A stretch of DNA of 63,376 bases, counting the filler, from a bacterium (GTDB lineage: Bacteria > JACRDZ01 > JAQUKH01): assembly GCA_028719205.1 (NCBI GenBank). It is 4 parts of 4 records of this genome, joined end to end, with 100 filler letters (N's around TTAATTAATTAA, not from the genome) between each part and the next. Parts side by side here need not be neighbours in the genome. Positions count along the whole stretch, not along the records: positions 1 to 16,918 come from JAQUKH010000044.1; positions 17,019 to 33,469 come from JAQUKH010000045.1; 2 more parts are not named here. One strand, written 5' to 3'. Both the position numbers and the translations under genes were made by a program. The notes under the pieces were generated by a model that searched no databases, was not told where the DNA came from, and saw nothing but the letters and a program-made list of their open reading frames with translations. Shown in pieces: positions 8,870 to 17,473 of this stretch (position 1 is the stretch's first letter; each line of letters opens with the position of its first letter).

Positions 8870-10771
8870 TTGAATATTATAATCTTAAATAAAAAATCTT
8901 TTTTCCTAATTATTTTCACGGCTTTTTTTATTGTCCAAGTTGGTTGTTTAAAGAAAGCCGCTCAAAATAATTTAATGGACCAAAAGTTGGCAGAAAGTCC
9001 AGATCCAGAAAAATTGGCTTCCGATGTGCCTGACTTAAAACAAGACAGCCTGAATGATCCTAAAATTGCTGTAAGTTCCAAAGCCGGACCCGCGACAGAA
9101 TCGAATGTCATAAATAATGACCCTCTCATTCTTATAAATGATAACAGACAGTCAAAATCAGTTATAGAAAACATTCCCTCGTTAGAAGAGGTTGTTAATA
9201 ATACTTCAAATAATGAAATATTGGAAGAAGATACAGCAGAGGTTATTATTAATGATGTTAATAATAAAAAACAGGATGAGCAAATAGTACTGAAAGATGG
9301 AAAGGCGCTGATCCAGGAACATTATAGTAAGGCCTTGAGTTTCTATGATTCCGGGGAATATGATAAAGCTAAAGCAGAATTAAATGTATGTTTAAAAATG
9401 ACCGCGGACCTGGATCTGGATATCGAGACACTATTTAGATTCAGTGATATTTATAAAGATGTTTTTGAGAGTACGGCAACTATGGAAGTCACTGCTGAAC
9501 AAAATATTTTAACAGATTCAACTGTAGATTCAACTGTTTTAGATATTAATATTGTTCAGGAAGAAAAAATGATTATGGAAGGTTTAGATAATGGCGGGGT
9601 AATATATGATTTCCCTGTTGAATTTAATGAAGAGGTTAAAAGATATATTAAATTATATACGACAAGCAACCACAAAGCTATGGCGGGCCGTTTAGCCAGA
9701 TCCGGCAAATATATTGCTATGATGAAAGAAATTTTTAAAAATGAAGGATTGCCGCAGGATTTAGCATATCTGCCTTTGATAGAAAGCGCTTACAAGGTAA
9801 AGGCATACTCCAGAGCCGGAGCGGGAGGCCTATGGCAGTTTATGAGGAAGACCGGCCAGAGATATAGTTTAAAATCAGACTGGTCGGTAGACGAACGTTA
9901 TGATCCGGTTGCTTCAACAAAAGCCGCCGCAAAATATCTAAAAGATCTCTATAAAATATTTGATTCATGGCTTTTAGCGGAAGCCGCGTATAATGCGGGG
10001 GAATATAGGATCCTAAGAGCTATGGGGCTTGCTGTAAGCCGGGATTTTTGGTATATTGCAAGCAAAAATATTCTAGCAAGAGAGACAAAAGGGTATGTAG
10101 CGGCTTTTATGGCAAATTTGATCATTGCTAAAAATCCGGAGAAATTTGGATTTACAAATATACCATACGAACAGCCATTAGAATATGATGAGGTTGTTAT
10201 CGAAAACTGTGTGGAATTATCTTTTGCCTCAAGATTAGCTGAATGTTCTGTTGAAGAATTGAAAGCTATGAACCCTGCTTTATTAAAATGGTGTACTCCT
10301 ATAGATTATCCGAATTTTGTTTTAAAGATACCTAAAGGTAAGGCAGAGGCCTTTAATACTAATTTAACAAAGATAGCAAAAACAGATCCTAACGGTAAAA
10401 TTGGCTGGACTCAACATGTTGTAAAAAGCGGTGAAACAATGTCTACAATTTCCTGGAAATATGGCATTCCAATAGGCTCAATTGCTAAAGCTAATAATAT
10501 CGGTAATGTTAATAGAATATCTGTGGGAACGCGCCTGTTCATTCCTTATGGAAAGAATTCATCTCCCGATGAAGTAGCAAGCATAAAAGATGAATCCGGT
10601 TATAAAAAAATAGAATATATAGTTCAGTCAGGCGATACCCTTTGGGAAATAGGGAAAAAATACAATATAACGCTTAATAAAATAAGGGAGTGGAATATAG
10701 ATTTTTCCGGCAAAGAACACATTTTCCCGGGGCAAAAAATAGCTATTTGGATTAAAGAAGAAGAAATGTAA
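8870..10771 (+). CDS. MltD-like lytic transglycosylase lipoprotein with two LysM domains
   Basis: Lipobox-like QVGC; LIES, AGGLWQFM, AAYNAGE SLT motifs; HVVKSGET and YIVQSGDTLW LysM repeats. Confidence 0.9.
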   Translation: MNIIILNKKSFFLIIFTAFFIVQVGCLKKAAQNNLMDQKLAESPDPEKLASDVPDLKQDSLNDPKIAVSSKAGPATESNVINNDPLILINDNRQSKSVIENIPSLEEVVNNTSNNEILEEDTAEVIINDVNNKKQDEQIVLKDGKALIQEHYSKALSFYDSGEYDKAKAELNVCLKMTADLDLDIETLFRFSDIYKDVFESTATMEVTAEQNILTDSTVDSTVLDINIVQEEKMIMEGLDNGGVIYDFPVEFNEEVKRYIKLYTTSNHKAMAGRLARSGKYIAMMKEIFKNEGLPQDLAYLPLIESAYKVKAYSRAGAGGLWQFMRKTGQRYSLKSDWSVDERYDPVASTKAAAKYLKDLYKIFDSWLLAEAAYNAGEYRILRAMGLAVSRDFWYIASKNILARETKGYVAAFMANLIIAKNPEKFGFTNIPYEQPLEYDEVVIENCVELSFASRLAECSVEELKAMNPALLKWCTPIDYPNFVLKIPKGKAEAFNTNLTKIAKTDPNGKIGWTQHVVKSGETMSTISWKYGIPIGSIAKANNIGNVNRISVGTRLFIPYGKNSSPDEVASIKDESGYKKIEYIVQSGDTLWEIGKKYNITLNKIREWNIDFSGKEHIFPGQKIAIWIKEEEM

Positions 10772-10784
10772 ATTGGGATAATAT

Positions 10785-11384
10785 TTGTTAATGAAAAAAG
10801 TTATAACCGGTTTATTATTGACACTGTTGATTTTTACAAATTGCCGTCGAAAAAGTTCGAATTCAATAACTGCATCTGATCAAAATGATACTACTGAAAG
10901 ACCTCCTGCCCCGCCGGAAAGCGTGCAAGATAGTACCAGTCAAACTGTCTCTAAATTTACTTTTATGCCGCAGAAACAAAATTTAGAAGCCGGGAATATT
11001 GGAATTGTTTATAAAGAAGATAACGCGAATATCTTGTCGGTTTATGTGAATATTTGTGGCGGAAATAATGTTTTTGGAGTAACATTTGATCTTGATTATG
11101 ATAGCAGCAAAATAATTTTTAAAAAAGTGGCTGAGGGCGGGTTTCTTAATAAAGACGGAGCTCAAACTAACATTTTGTTCAATGGTCCAAATATCGGAAT
11201 AAGCCGTGCCGGGCAGGCAGGTGCTGTATCAGGTGATGGTGTTATATGTATTATTGAATTAGAAGCAAAAAAAACGTTTGACAGCCTGGCAATCGGTTTT
11301 ACAAAACAAACAGCAACAAATAGTCAGGGGATAAAAATTCTTTCAGACGCCAATTGGTTTGGCGGTGTTTTGGGATATAAATAA
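10785..11384 (+). CDS. Cohesin-like domain lipoprotein
   Basis: Lipobox-like FTNC; FGVTFDLDYDSSKIIF, GGFL, SGDGVICII motifs; homologous to 47567-48124. Confidence 0.65.
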   Translation: MLMKKVITGLLLTLLIFTNCRRKSSNSITASDQNDTTERPPAPPESVQDSTSQTVSKFTFMPQKQNLEAGNIGIVYKEDNANILSVYVNICGGNNVFGVTFDLDYDSSKIIFKKVAEGGFLNKDGAQTNILFNGPNIGISRAGQAGAVSGDGVICIIELEAKKTFDSLAIGFTKQTATNSQGIKILSDANWFGGVLGYK

Positions 11385-11386
11385 TT

Positions 11387-11767
11387 ATGAATTCAAAAAA
11401 ACTATATATTCAAGTCAGTTTATTTTCGGGCCGTTCGTATATCGGGTATGTCTCAAATGATTTTTCTCCAAATTATTCAGACGATCTTTGTTTCACACTG
11501 CATGATGTTCATTTTTTATATACGAAAAGTGAGAAAAACGGAGAACCCGCGCTTTCATTGATAAGTATTCAGGACACTCCGGAAGGGCTTTTGCCGGACA
11601 TTGATATCATGTGGCAGGCAGTAAATACAATTCAATATTTAAATGAAGATTCAAAAATAATCCGTGAAATTGAGACAAGGAAAAGCCCTAAAACAGTTAA
11701 AAAGGAAAACGCGGAAATTTATATTTTAAAAAAGACTAAAAAAGATGTTGAAAAGAAAAATGAGTAA
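11387..11767 (+). CDS. Hypothetical protein (possible Sm-like beta fold)
   Basis: 126-aa ORF tightly packed in operon; VSLFSGRSYIG...LHDVHFL pattern. Confidence 0.6.
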   Translation: MNSKKLYIQVSLFSGRSYIGYVSNDFSPNYSDDLCFTLHDVHFLYTKSEKNGEPALSLISIQDTPEGLLPDIDIMWQAVNTIQYLNEDSKIIREIETRKSPKTVKKENAEIYILKKTKKDVEKKNE

Positions 11768-11772
11768 AACAA

Positions 11773-12645
11773 ATGTTTAATTACAGAAAAATTATTATAA
11801 CAGGAATTTGTATTTTATTGGGAATAGGGTTCTTTTATTTCTTGTTTGGAGAAAATGAAAGCATAATTAAGGCCATTGGAAAAAATAATGAACAAATTGC
11901 TATTATTGAGATCGAAGGCCCTATTGTCAGTTCCAGCCACATTTTAAAACTTTTTCGGCATTATAGTGAAATGGATAGTGTTAAAGCGTTAGTTCTAAGG
12001 ATAAATAGCCCGGGCGGGCAAGTAGGATCTTCTCAGGAAATATATGCGGAGCTAAAAAAACTCAGGAAAAAAGGGAAGAAAGTTGTCGCGTCTTTTGGTG
12101 ATGTAGCCGCGTCAGGCGGGTATTACATTGCCTGCGGCGCGGATAAGATCGTTTCCAATCCGGGGACACTTACCGGAAGCATTGGAGTAATAATGGAGTT
12201 TGCAAATTTTGAGGAATTAATAAAAAAAGTCGGTGTTGATATCCAGGTTGTGAAAAGCGGGCTCCATAAAGATATTGGGTCTCCGGTCAGGAAATTAACC
12301 GAAGAGGAACAAAAAATATTAAAAGGTGTAGTTGATGATGTTTATGACCAGTTTGTTGAGGCAGTATCTGAATCAAGAAAATTAGATAAAGAAGAAGTTA
12401 AAAAATACGCTGATGGAAGAATTTTTTCAGGCCGCCAGGCAAAAGAATATGGCTTAGTGGACCAGCTTGGCGATATTGAAGACGCGATCGATCTTGCAAA
12501 GACCTTAGCTAATATCAGCGGGGTTCCAAAGATAATTATACAGAAAAAGCCTTTACCGGCGTTTTTAGATTATTTATCTTCTATATTTTATGGGAAGATA
12601 GATAGTTATAAAAGTAATTCTTTATCACTTTCATACAGGTTATAA
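11773..12645 (+). CDS. sppA: Signal peptide peptidase SppA (S49)
   Basis: RINSPGG, AASGGYYIA, GSIGVI, KSGLHKD, DGRIFSG. Confidence 0.95.
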   Translation: MFNYRKIIITGICILLGIGFFYFLFGENESIIKAIGKNNEQIAIIEIEGPIVSSSHILKLFRHYSEMDSVKALVLRINSPGGQVGSSQEIYAELKKLRKKGKKVVASFGDVAASGGYYIACGADKIVSNPGTLTGSIGVIMEFANFEELIKKVGVDIQVVKSGLHKDIGSPVRKLTEEEQKILKGVVDDVYDQFVEAVSESRKLDKEEVKKYADGRIFSGRQAKEYGLVDQLGDIEDAIDLAKTLANISGVPKIIIQKKPLPAFLDYLSSIFYGKIDSYKSNSLSLSYRL

Positions 12646-12660
12646 CAATAGGGGGATATT

Positions 12661-12960
12661 ATGGAAGAAATAAAAAAGGGAACTACAGTTGATATTTATG
12701 GTTCAGAATATACTATTAAGGGTAAAGAGTCTCCTGAATATATAAGAGAAATTGCAGGCTATGTAAATAAAAAAATGGAGGATCTGTCCAAAAAATCCGC
12801 GCTTATTTCTCCCCAAAAAATAGCTATTTTATCGGCCGTTAATATTACTGATGAATATTTTAAATTAAAATCAGAAAAGCAAGGCAACAAAAGCCTTATA
12901 AGAGAAAAATCAAGATCAATTTATAAGCTTGTGTGCGAAGAAATAGATAAATTATCTTGA
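12661..12960 (+). CDS. zapA: Cell division protein ZapA
   Basis: VDIYGSEYTIKG...IAGYVNKKM...AILSAVNITDEYFK. Confidence 0.9.
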   Translation: MEEIKKGTTVDIYGSEYTIKGKESPEYIREIAGYVNKKMEDLSKKSALISPQKIAILSAVNITDEYFKLKSEKQGNKSLIREKSRSIYKLVCEEIDKLS

Positions 12961-12985
12961 AATTAGTTATTGAATTAGTTATAAT
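12957..12985 (+). promoter_or_regulatory. sigma70 promoter of 6S RNA
   Basis: TTGAAA-N17-TATAAT 7 nt before the predicted RNA start. Confidence 0.7.
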
Positions 12986-12992
12986 AAATTAT

Positions 12993-13150
12993 ATTCCCTG
13001 CTTTGTTCGAGAAGAGTGATATATTTTGATTCAACACCAAAATAAATGGAATCCGGACTTTGAATATGGTAAGAAATATTCAAGAGGATACCTACCTGTT
13101 GTTAACAAGGGTCTTAAAATAATCATTCTTTTACGGCAACAGCGGGGAAT
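12993..13150 (+). ncRNA. ssrS: 6S RNA
   Basis: Directly after zapA (conserved synteny); closing stem ATTCCCTGCT/AGCGGGGAAT, inner stems GAAGAGTGAT/ATCATTCTTT and TTGAATAT/ATATTCAA around an A-rich central bubble. Confidence 0.8.
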
Positions 13151-13190
13151 TTTTATTTGAAGGATCGGGCGGGATTGGTCGATAATAATC

Positions 13191-13679
13191 ATGAAACAAT
13201 CAAATAAAAAACCATCTGATGATGAAAAAAAGAAAATAGTCTGCCAGAATAGAAAGGCAAAATTTAACTATTTTTTGTTGGAATCGCTGGAAGCGGGAAT
13301 TGTTTTAAAAGGAACTGAGGTAAAATCTTTAAGAGATAGTAAGGGGTCTTTAGAAGACAGTTTTGCCAGGCTGGAAAAGGATGAGCTTTATTTGTATAAT
13401 TGCCATATCAGCCCTTATGAATTTGGGAACCGTAATAATGAAGACCCAAAAAGGGTTCGTAAGCTTCTTCTGCACAGAGGAGAAATAGAGCGTTTAAGAG
13501 GGAAAACAGAACAGAAAGGATTATCTCTTATCCCTGTTTCAATTTATTTTAAAGGCGGCAAAGCTAAAGTTGAATTGTTTTTGGCAAAAGGGAAGAAAAA
13601 TTATGACAAGCGGGATGATGTTAAAAAACGGGAAGCGAATAGAGAAATTGAAAGGGCCAGCCGTGAAAGGAATAAATAA
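13191..13679 (+). CDS. smpB: SsrA-binding protein SmpB
   Basis: NRKAKFNY, EAGIVLKGTEVKSLR, RKLLLH, GKKNYDKR. Confidence 0.97.
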   Translation: MKQSNKKPSDDEKKKIVCQNRKAKFNYFLLESLEAGIVLKGTEVKSLRDSKGSLEDSFARLEKDELYLYNCHISPYEFGNRNNEDPKRVRKLLLHRGEIERLRGKTEQKGLSLIPVSIYFKGGKAKVELFLAKGKKNYDKRDDVKKREANREIERASRERNK

Positions 13680-13680
13680 T

Positions 13681-14901
13681 TTGAAATATAAGGTTTTTAT
13701 TTTTATACTTTTATTCAGCAGTTTGGTATTGGCGCAGGAGAATCAATATCAAATAATCTTTTCAGAAAGCGGAAAGCGCGAAGAAATATTATCGGAAAAA
13801 ATTGACGGCAAAGAATATATTTTAATTGATAATTTACAGAAAATATTTTTTCTCGGAAAGAATCTGCAATTAACATCGAAAAAAATAGATTTATCGTATA
13901 AAGATAAAAAAGTATCTTTTTTTATTAACAGTAATGAAGTAAGGATAGGCAGCCAGATAAGGCAGTTGTCTTTACCTGTCAGAGAAGCGCAAAAAAAATA
14001 TTTTTTACCGCTGGAAGTAATAAATAAAATACTGCCTGAATTATTGACAAAAGAAATTAATTATAAAAAAAGTGACAAAACTTTTATTGTTTCAGATAAA
14101 AAGGCCGGATTAAGATCAAAGGATGTTTTTACAACTATTGAGCCAAAAACCACTATTGACAGAAAAAATGATAATAAAAAAAAATCACTTGTTTTGCCTT
14201 CTAATAAGCCCGCGATCTATACTGTGGTTTTAGATCCGGGACATGGCGGGATAGATCCGGGGGCTATCGGGCCTACGGGATTAAAAGAAAAAAATGTTGT
14301 TTTGGAAATCGCTTTAAAAGCAAAAAAATTATTAACCAATAACTTGGGGATAAATGTAGTTTTAACAAGAGAAAGAGATGAATTTATTCCATTGCGTAAA
14401 CGCGCGGCTATAGCTAATAATGCTAAGGCTGACCTTTTCATCAGTATTCATGTTAACGCGTCCCGTCGTCAATATGCCAATGGTATTGAGGTATATTTCT
14501 TATCTGCCGCGATGGATGATGACTCCCGTGCGGTAGCGGCATTTGAAAATGAAGTTGTTAAATATGAAAAAAAGGATAAAAAGGCGTCTGATATTGAATT
14601 TACGCTCTGGGACATTGTTCAGACGGAACATATTCAAACAAGCCGTGTGTTGGCAAGCATACTGGGGGAACAGCTGAAGAAAAATTTGTCAATGAGAAAT
14701 AGAGGGGTGAAAGCCGCTCCATTTCTTGTTTTGGAAGGAGCTAATACTCCGTCAATTCTGGTTGAGATGGGTTTTATTACAAATAAACAGGAAGAAAGTA
14801 ATATGAAGAAAGAAAGTGTGCTCGCCGGTTATGCCCAGCAGGTATTTAACGGCGTTCTTGCCTTTAAGTCAAAATATGATGCCCAGGGAGGTAAAAAATA
14901 A
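13681..14901 (+). CDS. N-acetylmuramoyl-L-alanine amidase (Amidase_3)
   Basis: LDPGHGG, EKNVVL, FISIHVNA, ILVEMGFI; TTG 13681 gives a signal peptide and removes overlap with smpB. Confidence 0.9.
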   Translation: MKYKVFIFILLFSSLVLAQENQYQIIFSESGKREEILSEKIDGKEYILIDNLQKIFFLGKNLQLTSKKIDLSYKDKKVSFFINSNEVRIGSQIRQLSLPVREAQKKYFLPLEVINKILPELLTKEINYKKSDKTFIVSDKKAGLRSKDVFTTIEPKTTIDRKNDNKKKSLVLPSNKPAIYTVVLDPGHGGIDPGAIGPTGLKEKNVVLEIALKAKKLLTNNLGINVVLTRERDEFIPLRKRAAIANNAKADLFISIHVNASRRQYANGIEVYFLSAAMDDDSRAVAAFENEVVKYEKKDKKASDIEFTLWDIVQTEHIQTSRVLASILGEQLKKNLSMRNRGVKAAPFLVLEGANTPSILVEMGFITNKQEESNMKKESVLAGYAQQVFNGVLAFKSKYDAQGGKK

Positions 14902-15477
14902 ATGGCGAAAAAAAGCGGCGGTTTTAATTTTATTTTTTTTGGCCTGATTATTATTTTGATGATAGGCGCTGGAATTTATTTTTTAAAATATTTACCGAAA
15001 AGATCAAAAAATGCGGCTAAGCCTGTTTATTCTGAAACTGCTCCAAAGATAAAAGAATCAGATGAAAAGATGAAGATAAGCCTGTATTTTTCTTCCCCCG
15101 ATGATGAACATTTGGTTGTTGAATCCCGTGAGATATACAGGACTTCTTCAAGGATTGACCAAGTCAAACAAGCGGTTATAGCCCTGATAGAAGGTTCAAA
15201 CAAAGATTTGGATCCCATTATCCCGGAAGGAACAGTCCTGAAAGAGGTATTTCTTGACAAAAACGGTACTGCTTATGTAGATTTTAGTATAGAGTTAATA
15301 AAGAATCATCCCGGTGGAAGTTCAGGTGAAATCATGACTGTTTATGGGATAGTAAATACATTATGCGCCAATTTTTCTGAGATTAAAAATGTCCAGATAC
15401 TTGTCGAGGGAAAAGAAATAGAAACTATTTCAGGCCATTTGGATACAAGGTATCCGTTTTCAATGAAAAATATTTAA
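14902..15477 (+). CDS. GerMN domain membrane protein
   Basis: N-terminal TM; LYFS, IPEGT, AYVDFS, GIVNTL, VQILVEG, GHLD. Confidence 0.9.
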   Translation: MAKKSGGFNFIFFGLIIILMIGAGIYFLKYLPKRSKNAAKPVYSETAPKIKESDEKMKISLYFSSPDDEHLVVESREIYRTSSRIDQVKQAVIALIEGSNKDLDPIIPEGTVLKEVFLDKNGTAYVDFSIELIKNHPGGSSGEIMTVYGIVNTLCANFSEIKNVQILVEGKEIETISGHLDTRYPFSMKNI

Positions 15478-15541
15478 TCTTTTTAAGTCATAATATTTTC
15501 TTCTTTTAAAAACATTTGAAAAGAGCTCTTCAAAATAGCAC

Positions 15542-15575
15542 TTGACAACTCCAAAATATTATGTAAAATGGAGTT
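15542..15575 (+). promoter_or_regulatory. sigma70 promoter overlapped by inverted repeat
   Basis: TTGACA-N16-TAAAAT; AACTCCA (15547-15553) / TGGAGTT (15569-15575). Confidence 0.6.
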
Positions 15576-16715
15576 ATGTATTCCAGAAATATAAACCCAC
15601 CTGAAAACAAAAGCTTCTTTTTATTCGGCCCCCGTGGGACAGGAAAAACTACCTGGGTCAGGTCGAAATTCCCATCTGCTATTTATCTGGATCTTTTAGA
15701 GTCTGGACTCTTTAATGACCTTATGGCAAATCCTCAAAGGATAGAAAATTTTATACCGAAGGATTTTAAGGATTGGATAATTATCGACGAGGTTCAGAGA
15801 GTTCCTGAAGTTTTAAACGAAGTTCACCGCTTAATAGAAAAATATAAGTATAAATTTATTTTGACCGGCTCCAGTGCAAGAAAATTAAGAAAGACCGGAC
15901 AGAACTTATTAGCAGGCCGTGCATTGACACTATGGATGCATCCTTTAACAGTATCAGAATTAAGCGGTGATTTTAATTTAGACCATTCACTGGTTTACGG
16001 AAATCTTCCTTGCGCGTATCTGGAAAAGGATCCAAAAAGATATCTGGAAAGCTATGTGCAGACTTATCTGAAAGAAGAGGTTCAGGCGGAGGGGTTAACA
16101 AGAAATTTGTCCGCGTTTTACCGGTTCCTTGAAGCGGCGAGTTTTTCTCAAGGATCAATTTTAAATATTTCGGAAGTCGCGCGTGAATCCGCCGTGGAAC
16201 GTAAAGTTGTTGAAAATTATTTTACGATATTAGAAGATCTACTGATCGCGTACAGAATACCGGTATTCAGCAGAAGGTCAAAAAGACGATTAATATTACA
16301 TCCGAAATTTTATTTTTTTGATACTGGAGTTTACCGTACACTAAGGCCTATGGGGCCTCTTGACATGCCGGAAGAGGCCTCTGGATCATCTCTTGAAACA
16401 CTTTTATTCCAGGAACTAAACGCGATAAACGATTATTTCAATCTGGGTTACAAAATATTTTACTGGAGAACGTCAAATAACGTAGAAGTGGATTTTGTAT
16501 TGTATGGAGCCAGAGGAATAAAGGCGTTTGAGATCAAAAGAACCGGGAAAATTTCATCGGGTATGTTAAAGGGATTAAGGTCCTTTTCAGGAGATTATCC
16601 CGAATCCAAAGCTTATTTTCTTTACGGCGGCGAAAGACGCATGCATCAGGATAACATTGAGATTATCCCGATCAAAGATGCCTTAAAAGGATTAAAAGAG
16701 ATTTTAGAATTATAA
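15576..16715 (+). CDS. AAA_14/DUF4143 ATPase with C-terminal PD-(D/E)xK-like domain (COG1373)
   Basis: GPRGTGKT, IIDEVQ, LTGSS, LAGR, PKFYFFDTG, EVDFV...AFEIK. Confidence 0.9.
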   Translation: MYSRNINPPENKSFFLFGPRGTGKTTWVRSKFPSAIYLDLLESGLFNDLMANPQRIENFIPKDFKDWIIIDEVQRVPEVLNEVHRLIEKYKYKFILTGSSARKLRKTGQNLLAGRALTLWMHPLTVSELSGDFNLDHSLVYGNLPCAYLEKDPKRYLESYVQTYLKEEVQAEGLTRNLSAFYRFLEAASFSQGSILNISEVARESAVERKVVENYFTILEDLLIAYRIPVFSRRSKRRLILHPKFYFFDTGVYRTLRPMGPLDMPEEASGSSLETLLFQELNAINDYFNLGYKIFYWRTSNNVEVDFVLYGARGIKAFEIKRTGKISSGMLKGLRSFSGDYPESKAYFLYGGERRMHQDNIEIIPIKDALKGLKEILEL

Positions 16716-16750
16716 AATATTTTAAAGCTCTGTACAATCTGATAATATTC

Positions 16751-16810
16751 CCGAAGGTAATGATCGGCTGCGGTATCTGCCAGAATAAATGCCTCCCTAT
16801 CTTCCTTTGA
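16751..16810 (+). pseudogene. Remnant of 4Fe-4S dicluster (NapG/MauM-like) coding sequence
   Basis: Reads PKVMIGCGICQNKCLPIFL*, resembling CIGCGICENKCP with the first Cys missing. Confidence 0.45.
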
Positions 16811-16834
16811 CTTTAATTCAATAAATGATATAAT
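16807..16834 (+). promoter_or_regulatory. sigma70 promoter of murI
   Basis: TTGACT-N16-TATAAT with TGn extension. Confidence 0.65.
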
Positions 16835-16843
16835 CTACCGATT

Positions 16844-16918
16844 ATGACACAACCGATCGGTATTCTGGATTCAGGGGTTGGCGGTTTAACGATTGCAAAA
16901 GAAATTGTTACTCTCCTG
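16844..16918 (+). CDS. murI: Glutamate racemase, 5' fragment truncated by gap
   Basis: MTQPIGILDSGVGGLTIAKEI; amidase-GerMN-murI synteny. Confidence 0.9.
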
Positions 16919-17018
16919 NNNNNNNNNNNNNNNNNNNNNNNNNNNNNNNNNNNNNNNNNNNNTTAATTAATTAANNNNNNNNNNNNNNNNNNNNNNNNNN
17001 NNNNNNNNNNNNNNNNNN
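16919..17018. other. Artificial contig linker
   Basis: 100 nt of N with central TTAATTAATTAA (stop in six frames). Confidence 0.97.
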
Positions 17019-17143
17019 CTAAGCTCTATGAACTGCTACCCGGCAACTGGAAAAAAGCCGAATCATATTACAACTGATCCCGCCTGTCGGTAAAATACTC
17101 ATACAAAGCATCAAATAAAAGATGTATCAGATATGACGCTTAC
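17019..17143 (+). mobile_element. IS66-family element right end (TnpC C-terminus plus terminal IR)
   Basis: KLYELLPGNW...* (17021-17077) matches the IS66 TnpC ELLPWNW tail; ends GACGCTTAC (= GTAAGCGTC, IS66-type IR) at 17143. Confidence 0.7.
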
Positions 17144-17473
17144 GAACGCTCAAAAAGAAAAGATTTATTCGCTCCGGGAAACATACCAGTCGCTTCTCAA
17201 GCTGGAAGCGGAGACCGGACTGGAAATAATCTTTAAAAAATCAAACTCCAGTCAGTAAAGTAAATATTCAAAGTCTTCGCTTCCGCTACGAAGTGGGATT
17301 TGAGTTTGCTGAACTAAGCCGCCATCGAAAACATGACCTATTAAGGCGGGCTTTGCCCGCAACCCGTAAAATAAGTTCCCGCGCGCGCGCATTATGCGCG
17401 GGATTTACAAACGCTTTTATGATAGAAGTGTAAAACAAAGACACTAAAAACGAAATCTGGACTCCAAACCACC

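Noticed and set aside
13570-13680. Long amidase start overlapping smpB
   Set aside because: TTG at 13681 yields a proper signal peptide with no overlap.
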